A stretch of DNA of 63,246 nucleotides, filler included, from Atractiella rhizophila (lineage: Eukaryota), in NCBI GenBank assembly GCA_021432655.1. It is 5 parts of 5 records of this genome, joined end to end, with 100 filler letters (N's around TTAATTAATTAA, not from the genome) between each part and the next. Parts side by side here need not be neighbours in the genome. Positions count along the whole stretch, not along the records: positions 25,492 to 38,024 come from MU272003.1; positions 38,125 to 50,646 come from MU272004.1; 3 more parts are not named here. One strand, given 5' to 3'. Positions 37,501 to 50,746 of this stretch are shown piece after piece. A program made the position numbers and the translations under genes. The notes under the pieces were generated by a model that saw only the letters and a list, made by a program, of their open reading frames with translations, was not told the DNA's origin and did no database searches. The number at the start of each line of letters is the position of its first letter. Within the stretch, counting starts at the first letter, position 1.

Positions 37501-37980
37501 ATGGGTCTATTCTCCTGCCAGTCACCAAACGCACACGATTCCTTGCCGAGGAGGAAGAGACCAGCAAAGTACAACATCTCCGACGATAAAGACGGTGTCT
37601 TCTCCCCTAAGCAGCTGCTGGAGAAGCCCAACTTCCCCTCCGAACATCAAGCGTCCGTCGAGGACTTCTCCCTACCACGTCCCCGCGATCCCGGAGCATT
37701 TGCAGCAGATTCGATCGGGAGATCGAAGAAATATGAAATCGACTTCTCGCCCACAGGAGGGATAGGCACAATTCGCAGGCAGGCCGGTAGAGCGCCAGGT
37801 CCAAGAGCTGCTACTGCTGGAAGAATTAGACCTGCTGGACCGAGACCTAGACCAGCAAGTAAGAATCTGGGAAGAAGTGGGACCGCGAAGAGGATTAGGG
37901 AGATGATTGGCAAACCTAAGGACTTTGTGCATAAGGCGCATGTGGGAGTTGGAGATCTGAAAGGCGTTAAGACACTCGAT
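37501..37980 (+). CDS. CRIB/PBD (Cdc42/Rac-binding) protein, 5' fragment
   Basis: MIGKPKDFVHKAHVGVGD CRIB motif; N-terminal MGLFSC could be a lipidation site; cut by scaffold end. Confidence 0.7.
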
Positions 37981-38024
37981 GTAAGTCTTTCTTTCATGAT
38001 TGGCTGAGGACTGTGAGTGACCGT

Positions 38025-38124
38025 NNNNNNNNNNNNNNNNNNNNNNNNNNNNNNNNNNNNNNNNNNNNTTAATTAATTAANNNNNNNNNNNNNNNNNNNN
38101 NNNNNNNNNNNNNNNNNNNNNNNN
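38025..38124. other. Artificial scaffold linker
   Basis: N44-TTAATTAATTAA-N44. Confidence 0.97.
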
Positions 38125-38295
38125 CTATGGCAAAATGGACCGTCGAAAGGTTGAAGCTGAGATAACGATACGGCCAGGGCACAGTGGTCGAGTCACGTCG
38201 ACCTCCGCCAACACGTCGACTCTCGCCGACACAGATTGTAATCCAGTGGCATCCGGTGACATCCACTCCGCTCAACTATAAAACGGGTGCCACAC

Positions 38296-39527
38296 ATGGC
38301 CTCGCACTCTCCCACCAGTCCCACATCTGCGTTAGAGCAGGGAGATTCTCCTGAGATCCTGTTGCACATCCTCGAAACGCGTCGCCTCGCATCACTCTCT
38401 AAACTCTCCGCTGAAATGACTTCCACACCGTTCGTCATCGTCAGTCATGACTCCATTGTCGACTTCTCGACATACCTCTACACAGCCGAAGGCGAACTCG
38501 ATACCTCGCGCCTGAACGCAGCTCTTGGAAGATCTCTCGAAGCAGATCTGATCAATCTGCCCATCGATCTTGACAAGGCGTCATGGACAACCGTCGAAGA
38601 TGGAGAGAAAAAGATTGTGCACGTCCATCCTCATTTATGATTTAGCAAACGTATTAATGCAGCCACAGTCTGGTAGCCGCCTTCTTCCGGGGTTACATCG
38701 GCATTTTTTCTCCTTCACCCATCGCTCCCTCCAGTCCAGCCATTCAAGTTCTAGCGCAACACCTCATCACAGATGCCGGCTTTGCGCCTACAGATCTGCA
38801 AACCATCGTAGGAGGTCGCTCTCTAGTCCAAGCGTTTCAAGAACATTGTCTCGAAGCCTACTCCATCCGTTCACCAGCAGGCGAACCTCATCCAGTCGTC
38901 CTCGCCAAACCTGTGCTGGCAATCAAAGGTGGAGCACTACGATCTGACGCCTTCCCGAAAGCTCGCTTCGAATCTCTCTTCGCCTCTTCCCCTCCAAATC
39001 ACTCGGTTTTGGCTCTAGAAGACGCTGTAGCTCTCGAAGGCATCTCGAGCGATGCAGTCGTGCGAGAGACGGGAAATTTGCTTGCCAATTTCGTCGCACA
39101 TGGGTCCGAGCCGTCAGAAGCGGCCAAAGCCGAGGCGCTGGATGGAGTCAACCGCTTTCTCTCTCGCAAAAGGAGCAAGATCTTTTGGGTCTACTTTATC
39201 CGCCAGGACGACAGCTTTTCCATTGCCGGTTATGCACTAACGGGTAGAGAGTCTCCTAACTGCATTGCGTTTCGGAATGTCTATGTCGATCCAAAGTTCA
39301 GGAAGCAGGGAATAGCGGAGAAAATGGTGCTTACTATCTCTAAATACAATTTGGAAGAAAAGGGGAAGAAAGAAATAAATCTGTTTTGTGAAATTGAGAA
39401 CGGCACTGCGATGCGCCTGTATGAGAGATGTGGATTCGAATGGATCCAACATGAAGCGGTGGATGGTGAAGATGGAACCTTCGTCGTTCAGCAAGGATGG
39501 GAAGGTGTGAAAAGGGCTCCATGGTAG
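38296..39527 (+). CDS. GNAT-family acetyltransferase (intron near 38620-38668)
   Basis: NVYVDPKFRKQGIAEKMV (motif A) and NGTAMRLYERCGF (motif B). Confidence 0.85.
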
Positions 39528-39664
39528 ATAATTAGAAGTAGATGTAAGAATGGATTATCAGGACTGTTGTGTTGCAATCTTTGATCGCGATTGTATATGC
39601 AAACTGACATGCAAACAATTCAAAAACAATTCACTCATGTGATGACAAGAAAAGTGATTTGGAA

Positions 39665-40668
<1,004 letters not shown>

Positions 40669-41256
40669 GTTAACGAGCTGCTCGGATTCTCTTGTCTTGT
40701 TCTCGTTTGCGAACCAAATACGCGAATGTTGCTGCACCGTTTTTTAGCCTCTTTGCAAACTTATACAGCAAATATTGACCTGTTGACGCTCCTATGAGTC
40801 CTAGAATCCCGAAAGCTCGTGCAATGGTCACAGTAGAGATCTTTGCTGACGAGCGCGGAACTGACTTCATCGTCGCGAAGAGGCCATTATAACTATCTGA
40901 CTAAAGTTCTCGCTTGCATGTGATTCTCTCTCACTGCCTTGATAGCATCTTCAAAATTCGACACTATGAGAGGGTGAAGATGTTAGAGAATATTGTAGAT
41001 TCTTTGCAAGTTTATCCTGGATTTATTGCAAGTCAAAGGAACCTCAGAACAATATGTTCGTAACTATCCGCCAATCTGGGACAAGCACACGTGACACAGC
41101 ACGACCCCTTGAGCAAGAACACACCAGGAATAGCTGCTGAAGCTGGAGATACAGTCTTCGATTCTCAAAGATCTCTCGAACGAACCCCTCCAGTCTCAGT
41201 CCAGCAAGAGGTGTGATTGCTCAGGTCCTTCATCTCCTAGCTCGATCTCAACTTCG

Positions 41257-43078
41257 ATGGCTAATTGCTTCACTTTCCTGATTTTGGCTTTCGTTGCTGG
41301 TTCTGTGGATACTCTGCCGTCCAAGACGCAACAGATTCCTTTAACGAGTTCAGCGAACCAGTTTCGAACGATAGGAGGGTATGTAGAAGGCTTCAGAGGC
41401 TGGAGTTCCTGGTCTTTGCAGGCCTATAGACATCCAGTGGGTATTTGAATTCAGGCTGGTACGGTTGATGCTCATTGTTCTAGGGATACGGATTTGATTG
41501 GCTCAATGAAACGAATGTTATGGAAGTGGCAGAAGTGGTTTCTACTCGCTTGCGACCTTTTGGGTATGTAACCACTGCATTCTCATATAGCGGAGCTCAG
41601 TTATTTGGAAAGGTACCGGCGCATAAATCTTGATTCGGGGTGGTCTGTAAGCCCACTATTCGTTTATAGCTCCTTCGGAGCAAGGCTGATTTTGTGTTAG
41701 GGCGGCGAGGACGAATACGGACGACCCATTCCCTCCCTCACCAAGTTTCCTTCGGGAGCTCAAGCTCTCTCGTCCTTCCTAAGCGATCGCGGTCTCGAAT
41801 TTGGGCTTTACTTCCTACCGGGAATTGTGTCAGGAGCAGTGAACAAGAATGCACGTATCTTTGGAACAAGCTACACTGCTCGAGAAATCATCCACTCTAA
41901 CGCTGCTTCGGTGCCAGCGAACGCCTTCACCCTCGGAAAACCGCTCAACTACTCTCATCCAGGTGCTCAAGCATATATTGATTCTATAGTTCGGCAGCTA
42001 TACGACTGGAACGTTTCCTTTGTCAAATTGGACGGTCTCGTCCCTGGCTCGTCCATCAATCAACGTTTCCCTCCGTGGCGTACGATGTCGACACATAGCG
42101 ACCTCTTAGCCTGGCGGAACGCGATAGACCGACTCTATCCTGGAGGCAATAAGAAGAAAATCTGGCTAGGCGGATCATGGGAGATTCCTCCTCACGATTC
42201 CGCCTGGATAGCAACCACTACAGACAGCTGGAGAGTTTCCATAGATGTGGAGGAATACGGGAAGCGCCTCACTACTTGGGATCGGGTCGTGAGAAACTCT
42301 AAGAAAGGTGCCTTGTGGACGAGCACAGGAGAGTGGGACAGGAAGGGGTTGCTGGACCTTGATTCTATTCCGATTGGGGATCTAGATTTAGAAGAAGCGA
42401 GAAGCATGATCACTATTTGGGCAATCATGGTGCTTCTTTCTTGTTCTTTCGCTCTCAGCTTTATTCAAGCTGATAACGCGGAAAGGGTGGGCCATTTTAC
42501 TCCGGTGATGACCTACGGACCCTCCCAGAATCCTATTTTACACTCCTGACAAATCCCTCCGTTCTGGAAATTCATCGACTCGCTGCAACATCCCCTGCTC
42601 GCCTGCTAGGTTTCAGAAAGGACCTCAGTGCCGAATCTACGCTGACGGTCGAGGAAGCTATGACACTAGAAGCGAAACGGAAGGCAGTTCGAAGGCTTGC
42701 AGGCGAGAGAGAAGGATCCCCAACTTTTTTCGCGTCGGCTACTACCATGAATCCTCCTCCCCATGAAATGGAATGGGTGCATCAGCGATGGTGGTCTCAA
42801 TGGGAAGATGGGACAGTCATCATTGCTCTAATAAATGCTGGAGAATTGACAAAGAGAGATCGCAAGTCATCAAACGCTGAATATGGTCATGTCTGACATG
42901 ATCAGTAGATGCTGATACAATCGCCCTCGACATCAAAGATTTCAATCTCCCCCAGACCTCCTACCATTTATTCGATGCTTGGGACACAAGGGAACTTGGG
43001 ATGCTCACCGTTGAGAGCCCGCTTTCTTTTTCCCTGGAAAGACACGGATCAATTCTCCTTCGACTTTCACCAGCATAA
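41257..43078 (+). CDS. Secreted GH27 (alpha-galactosidase-like) glycoside hydrolase
   Basis: Signal peptide; GWSSWSLQ, INLDSGW, GLYFLPG, FVKLDG (nucleophile Asp), SWRVSIDV, DLDSI. Confidence 0.82.
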
Positions 43079-43311
43079 TTGTTGTCCAAATGAAATTGTC
43101 AAATGATGAGATTGCTTTTCTCTCCTTTGTTATTTGTATGTACAACAGGATGTTGAGTATGTTTTGTTGTATCGAGTTCGAAACAATGTTGGAATTGAGA
43201 TTGGAGGCTTTCATATGAGCCTGATTCCCTTCGCACCATCTGCGATCGCTACAACTCGAGATCCGAAATCGAATGCATCTCCCTACAACAAAAGACTCGT
43301 CAGACATGCAG

Positions 43312-46300
43312 TTAGTTCAATTTTCCAAGTTGGCATACCTCGAATGCCACAAACTCGTTTATTTCACTTCCAACTTCAAATGTCTGTCTGCTTGTCGCAT
43401 GAACTCCAAAAATCTCCTCGACATTAGATGACACCCAGTCAAGCGCTTCTGACTTCGAAATCCGCCCATTGGAGTTGAGGTAGACTTGCGCTGCCTCCCA
43501 GAAAAGGTGACGCGCTTGCCAGGCACCGCCAGCTCCTAATGCTATTGTGACATTTCTGGTTGCGAGATAAACTGGGAGTGAATCCGGGGACAGTGGAGGA
43601 CCATCCAAGCTAAATCACAACTGAGCAACTATCGCGCCACCTGAGCTGAATAAAGAACAAACCATCTTCGAGTGTCCCAAGCTCCAGGATAGCAACGGGG
43701 ACGGGTGATCGCGACAGCAACTCCAGCCTCAGCCAGTTCGTCAGCGACAAGATGTGCCTCAGTTGCGCCACTTAGCACCAGCTTGAGTGAAGGAAACTCC
43801 TTCTTGAGTCTCAACAGGCTGGCTATATGATCGGCCTTCTCCACATCAACGACGAATGGTAGATCACCTTGGGCAGCCTTGCCGAAAGCGTCATCTCCAG
43901 AAAGGAGAGTACGGAGGGCGGCAATTTGTGTGCTGATTGAAACCGGTCCGTGTCTAAGAGAAACATGAAGAGCAACTTCCTCTTGAACAACTGCACCCTT
44001 TTCTAGAGCGTGGGTTCCATCGGTTTTGAAAATGGTAGAAATGCCGCTGAAAAACCCGCTGGCAGCAGGTGCAGAGATAGCCTTACTATAGGAGACACTC
44101 AGTAGATCATTTCGACTGGAAGGAAGTTGCGAACGTGATTCCGCTCTCGTATGTCGTCTTGACATTCTTTCCGCCGAAGGACAAGCCATCCACTGCTCTG
44201 ACCGGCGTATCCACGGCGAACAGTTCCTTCAGGTCCGATGCTTCAGTCGACGACGTTAACCTGAGACAACGGGTAAGAAAGGTGGCATAACCGGAAGAGC
44301 AAACTGACAGATCATACACAGCTCCGTCTGCAGTCAGGAACATCAGCGTGTTGCATGGCGGCAGGAAAGGGTAATCATACCGTTTGTAGAGGCTTCAGAA
44401 GGAATCTCTCCCAGACCCAAGCCTCCACCATAAACAGTAGCAGGAGGAACGATAGATCCAGATTTAAGATCTATCGATCTGCCACTGAAACCGGCAGATC
44501 TCGCGCAATTGATACCAATGCAAGAGATTTTCCCGTGATCTATAGTCAACGAAAGTGGTGCATCAACGGAAGAAGCCCTGAAGAACTGCTGGACCTTCCC
44601 GGATTGTTTGCTCTTGAAGAATACCTCGGAAATATTCGTGAAAAGAACACTGTCCACAAAGTCTCCTTGGACCACCATCATTGCCTCTTCGTTGTCATCT
44701 TCCAGTAATTCGGCTTGGACATCATAAGAAGCAGATGGTGGAGCATGTGGAGTGACAACGTTTGTCGTTTTCGTAGGATAGGTTTTCTCTATCTGAGGGA
44801 TTCCATCAATCCAGACCTGCTTTGGTGAGGCTCCAAGTCTAAGCGGGTGCGAGTCCCAGAGAACAATGTCTGTGATTTCATATGAGCCAAGAAAAGGAAA
44901 GAATTCAATCTCACCAGCATCATATCCTGGCCTCAAATATCCCACACGATGGTCCATCCCAGCAGCTTTAGCTGAAGTGGTCGTCACTGAGGATAGGGCA
45001 GCATGTTCAGGTAACCCAAAGTGATGAGCCTATGTCAAAACGTCACCGACAGTCGACTATCGAAGCGTAGAGCAAAGTACTTGAGCAGCTTCGTAGACGA
45101 GATACCTAATTTTGGTCAGCCAGCAAAAGGAAGGAGAGAGCACAGCATACCTGGAGTCTAAAACTGCATGATCGCTCTTGTAGACGACAGGAACTGCGCA
45201 TAAGGTCAGTCACATTTCATTGTTAGATGGCTACCGTACTTCCGTTCTCGTGCAAGATTTTACCTGCGAATTCTGAGCCACGGTAAGCCTCTCGTTTATA
45301 CCTGCCCACGGAACTATGTGAACGGGTCAAGGAGAGGAAGAAACTATAAACCTCATATTTGTCGCAAACATGGCGATGGCTGGTGCACCACCAAACGTCT
45401 CCTTCAGTCGATCGGGAACGAGGTATGCTTCGTGCGCGTGATGGAAAGCAGCGATAGGGAACTGAACTGGAGTTGGTGTGCATGTTCCAAGGAAGACGAC
45501 GCAAACATACTTTAAACTCATTAGAGTGACGGATGATAGCATCAAAATCTGTCGTTTCTGTTCCTCAAGTTCAAAAAAAGCGTTCTGTAAGGAGAGAGCG
45601 GAGGCGTACCGTAGCAGTGGGTGTTGAGCTACACATTGTAGCGTCATCGACCAATCACCACTGCAAACTTAACATGACAAACCTTGACTCTTCCCCTGAG
45701 CAAGTCTACCAGTGCTTCCCATTGCAAATCCTCTGGGAACTTCTCTTTCAACACCTCCTTCGATTCAGCAGCAGCGTATGCCTTGGAACAGTATTCGTCT
45801 TGTGATTCTTTAATGAGACGAGCCTTCTCAAAAGCAGAACGAAACTATATTCGGAGTCATTTGTGACGATGGAGCTTCCGTAGGACTTACGTTCCAAGCG
45901 AGGTCGAGACGGACCTGCCCGTAGACTCGGCGACTGTAGCAAAGGCATCGTCAGTCCTGTCCCTGCAGAGGAAGATGATGGAACGAACATATTTTCTCCA
46001 CATGCTCCTTTCATATGCCTCCACCTCAGATGTCCTTGCTCAGCGTACACCCTTGCATCCCTATCACTGGTTACATTCGGAATATTGAAAGGCGGTTCGA
46101 GAGTCATAGAAATGGGAGTGTTTTCTTGTGTTTTTCGATTTTTGAACAGAAACGCTTGACCACCGATCTGTCCTCAGTTCATGGTCTCAGATGGTACCCC
46201 TTTAGTAGAAAGAAGTTACTAACATTGTTTGCTGATCCAGGAAGAACTGAACTTGCAGTATCAGCACATGAAAAATGAGTGAGACAGTCCCACCAAGTGA

Positions 46301-47215
46301 AGTTGTAACACCACCACCCGCAATTCTGTGCCTGGCTAAATCATGGGTATTGTATCCATCCAAACTCCTAAGGTATGGAAGAATTGGATTCTGCCTCCTG
46401 TCCTCCCAAGTAAAGTCAATCAGTGTCCTATCCCTTCTAAATAGGCTAGCTGAAACGCACGAATTTGTATCACTCGCACCTGACAGACCAGGAGCGGCTC
46501 CAACTCCAGAGTGAGAGTGCAGATCGACCAGTCCTTCACGGCAACGACAACTGAGTGAGGTGAAAGACAACCTCGAAAACGGAACGTACCGGGAGTCAAG
46601 AAGGCCCCATGAGCGTCAATTTGGATGACATCTTCAGAGAAAGAGGTCAAGCCTTGACCGATTTCGACGATAACTCCCCCATCGAGGTAGATGTCGGTTC
46701 CAGACAACTAAACGTTTCCACAACGTCAACCAAACTATTTGGAGGGGAGAATCCAGAAGAGTCACGCACGAGTTCACGACCGTCGTCCTCTCCAGTCCAG
46801 ACTGTTGCGTTCTTGATAAGGACTGCCTTTGTGCCTTCCACAAACCTGTCGCTCTTTCTCCTCCCATCTGCGAAGTTAGCTACAAATTCATTTCGGTCAG
46901 TGCATCCATCCTTCAACAGACGAAACACCAAAGAAGCGTACCGGGAGCACCTGGCGTCAGAGCGAGTTGGTCACACTTTGCGAGTGAAGATTTGAAGCTG
47001 TCAATTTCATATGGTGAGAACACAGGGACCAGCTTTGATTCGAGCGTAGAGGATCGGTATCCGAGCGAAGTCCATGCCCAAAAGCAGAGAGGGATGAGAA
47101 TGGCTCCTTTGACGAGCTTATGGGGGGCAAAACGCTGTCTCTTCAAAGTCGAAGTTTGCGTGTTAACCAAGACCGGGTCGTAAGCTGGCAGCTCGAACTC
47201 TTCTGCTCGACCCAT
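43312..47215 (-). CDS. Membrane-anchored tandem amidohydrolase-domain protein (CE9-like fold)
   Basis: N-terminal TM segment; LIKNATVWTG, LTPG|LVDLHSH, KGACGEN, FHHAHEAY, KSDH, RVGYLRPGYDA|DIVLWDSHPL; second degenerate barrel. Confidence 0.85.
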
Positions 47216-47558
47216 CTTTCCTTTAACTGTCTTACACGCAACTGTTCGTTTGCAACTGGGGAGAGGCAGGGACTATGTAGTATCTTTTATCGAAGCTCAA
47301 TTTGATTTGCTCATCCCCAGGCCAAATTTGATAAGATGGCGCTTGCCGCCGTGTGCAACTCGTGCGCGAGAAACAAAGTCGCGCAGGAACGCGCCACAGG
47401 TCTTCATCCACAAAAGGATTTGACATGTACTTCTCTTCATTCAAAAGCAGTGTAAATCTACAGATAGAAACGTATAGAAACGAGTGCAATGGTTAACACA
47501 GAGTGCTTGGGATGACAACAACACAGAAGCAATGTCAGCCAAGGGACCGGAAGGACAT

Positions 47559-49404
47559 CTAAACAGCAGGAGCAGGAACAGGAACCTCAGATCTTCTTGT
47601 TGGTGTATTCTTCCTTTCTTCAGGAGGAACAGGATTGCAAGCATGAAGCAAGCGTTCAGCATGGGAGGCGTTGTGATGCTGGGTCCTACACGCATGGCCA
47701 TACCTTGAGGTGAAGATTCAATAAGTAAATGCGCTCCTAATGAACGAATGAAAAGACAAACCAGCACTTGGGTCGTTTTCCTACATCCTCTGGGATTTTC
47801 CCTTCCTCCACTAATTTGGGATATAGCTCAAACCTGTAACTGCGTTCATCGTTCGGACGGTTGGAGTAACGCAGTAACGAACCACCAGTTTCTGATTTGA
47901 TCTTGGGCGTTGATGACGTACCGGACACAATGTACGCATAACCTGCTCCCTTTGTTATATTCTGTTCCATCGCTCTGCAATGAAGCTAAGTCAACTTGAT
48001 AAGAACACCATGGCGAAGAACGAACATCATGTAAGGTCGTTTGAGTTGCAAAGTACGCCTGCAACAAGCCAGAACTTGACCCATCGGCTGTTCTCAAGTA
48101 GTCTGCCAGCCTGTAGCGCCAAAATCGATAAGTTGATGTTAGAAGGAAAAGTCGGAAAACGCACACTTTCACTTCGTACTTCCCCATACCTCGGTATGGC
48201 TCCAACGAGTCATTATGATATATCTGCTCCGTGTGACTGTAGATAGTTTGATCTGCACGATTTCCGGTTCGGTTTCATGAGAGCACACAACGAAAGGAAG
48301 AAACTCACCTTCCAACTTCTTCGGGCCTTCGCCACGGTTGGCACACGTCAAGAAAGCTGGGCAGTACCATTTCTCACACCTCTGACAGAACGTATCTTCG
48401 TCCTCTTCCCTCCGTGGGAAAGCGCCATTACAACTCGCACAAACTCGGTGACTGGAAGGGAGATCAGAATAAATCGAATACGTGTTCTCTGCCAAAGGTT
48501 CGGGACAGACGTAATTGAACTGGTTGTCGGCGTGACAGCAAGGGCACGGAGGGCGAAAAACTAGTGGTTCATCTTCATCTTCCTCCTCCTCCTCGTCTTC
48601 CTGGTTATCAGAGCAGATCTCAATCTGATGTACACAGATCAGAAACGAGCCTGCCTGGTTGATAAGATGGGAATATACCGTGCGCCCAGCCTGGTAGATG
48701 CCGTCCATATATGCGATCTCCTCTGCAGTTCGCTCCCCATGCAGTGAGGTTTCTTTGGAAAGGCTGGAATAGAGAGCGAGCATCTGTTTCGTGGGATGCG
48801 AATCCACGACTTTGTTTACTGTCTTCCTGCAAGTCGGACAGCTCGCATGCTCTTGCAGCCAAGTCGCCTGCGAACATCGAGAGTCAGGACGCTCTAACAT
48901 TCATCTCAATGAACCCCTTACAGCGCATGCTCCTGTAAACAAGGATCAGCTTGGGCAAGTCATGGGTGGTGAAAGGACGAACCACAATAAACGTGCAAAC
49001 AGGGAAGAAGAGCGACCTGAGCGTAGGCTATGAGCGGATCTCACTGAAGGAAATACAATGGACAGACAGGAACATAATAGAGATCGCTGCAAATTCCTAT
49101 CGTTATTAATTTCTCAGCTTCATTGTTCACAACAATAAGAGGAGAACAAACCACAGGTTAAATTGCTCAATAAATCTGCTTCAAATTTATCATCCTTACT
49201 CCCACTGCTGCTCACTTTACTATCGATCTTCGTCTCTGTTTGTCCGCCCAACAAATTGGGTTCAAGTTGTGTTGATGTGGACGCGGACGCTTCCTCTTGC
49301 AATTCACTGCCAGGTTCGTCGCTTCGAGGCATCTTTTTAGGAGGAGAGAGGGAAGATGTAGAGGACGTGGGAGTGAGAGCGTGTTTGGTGCCTGCTAAAG
49401 ACAT
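47559..49404 (-). CDS. CHFR-like RING E3 ligase with Cys-rich domain and C-terminal PBZ zinc finger; no FHA domain seen
   Basis: LTCG|ICSDLYY...WLQEHASCPTCRK; PCPCC, HRVCASC, CQRCEKWYC; spliced KCWYGHACRTQHHNASHAERLLHAC. Confidence 0.72.
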
Positions 49405-50058
49405 TGTGGAAAGTCCAGGCTCGTCGCTTTTGAAGGGAACTGGCGAGTCAGGTTGGAGTCAATTCCTCACGTGACTCTGACTCAATAACGTATTTTGTTG
49501 TTTCGCCCGCTGACATCGTAAAGTGATAGATACTAGATACCACAAACATCATCCTGTTGCAGCTTGTTGTGAGCTCGAACGTGTGTTATTATTTCAAGCA
49601 ACCCAACTTCATATGACAAAGAAGACCCTCCCCAAACCTACTCATCAAAAGATTACAACAGAACTTGAAATCAAAACTAAACTGGAAAAAAAGAAACTCA
49701 GATCACCGATATGTGGCTAGGCAATACAAGAAGCAAGAGCGTGTGTGAGACCATTCTCAATCACAAATGAATGAAAGGGAACGAGGGAAAGTATAGGAGC
49801 GAAACCAGGAACTGTCGAAAACGCAGAAAGAGATGTGAGGAGTATACCGGATGGGTACTGAATATTGCGAAAGATATATAGGATGTGAATCGTAATTGTT
49901 CATGTAGATGGAAAAGAATCCGGGATGTGTGTCGAATTCTCGTTTTCTTTGTTTTCGATTTCGCGATCTCTCAACTAGGGTAAAGTTTTGCTTGCGTGTT
50001 TTCTCCTCCTGTTGTCGTCACGATTCGCACTCTTGGCCGCAATCCCTAGCGAAAGCAA

Positions 50059-50646
50059 TCACTCCTCCTCGCTCTTTATCATCCTCTCACTCTCCAATAG
50101 ATCGCTAAAGCTCTCGGCCCTACTCCTCCCCCCGTCCTTTCCCGCACTCGTCACGCTCTCGCTCGCCGGACTAGTCAGCGGCGTATTCTCGACGCTCACC
50201 CATCCATCGGGCATCCCAACCCTTGAACCAGTCATCTTCTCCCTCTTCATCCTCTTGGGCGTGGATGATAACACGTTTGCCGGGCTAGGGCTCCTAGATT
50301 GATTCCGACTGGAAGGAGCGCTAGGTATTTCAGGAGGAGGGGAGGGCGAATCGTTGCTATTCATCCTCGTTCGGAACCGGAACACGTCCTTCCATCCCTT
50401 CTTGCCCTCCTTACTCTCCTTCCCAGCGTTCCCTCGAACCCAAGGATCGTTCCTCTGTGCCCAATTATGTCTGAAACGCTCGTATCCATCCCTGAACGCC
50501 GGCGTCACTTTCGAGTTGAAGATCAACTCGCCGCGCGGATTGGCTGACGGTGGAATGGGTGCCAGTGGCACTGCTTTGGCTGGGGATCGGGGAGTGGGGG
50601 AGGAAGAACGGGGTGGAGTGGTCGGTGAGGTGGGTCCCATGGGAGG
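50059..50646 (-). CDS. SPO7: Probable Spo7 (Nem1-Spo7 regulatory subunit), 3' fragment
   Basis: PIPPSANPRGELIFNSKVTPAFRDGYERFR resembles the conserved Spo7 C-terminal block (recalled similarity only). Confidence 0.5.
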   Translation of the reverse strand, partial: PPMGPTSPTTPPRSSSPTPRSPAKAVPLAPIPPSANPRGELIFNSKVTPAFRDGYERFRHNWAQRNDPWVRGNAGKESKEGKKGWKDVFRFRTRMNSNDSPSPPPEIPSAPSSRNQSRSPSPANVLSSTPKRMKREKMTGSRVGMPDGWVSVENTPLTSPASESVTSAGKDGGRSRAESFSDLLESERMIKSEEE

Positions 50647-50746
50647 NNNNNNNNNNNNNNNNNNNNNNNNNNNNNNNNNNNNNNNNNNNNTTAATTAATT
50701 AANNNNNNNNNNNNNNNNNNNNNNNNNNNNNNNNNNNNNNNNNNNN
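50647..50746. other. Artificial scaffold linker
   Basis: N44-TTAATTAATTAA-N44. Confidence 0.97.
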
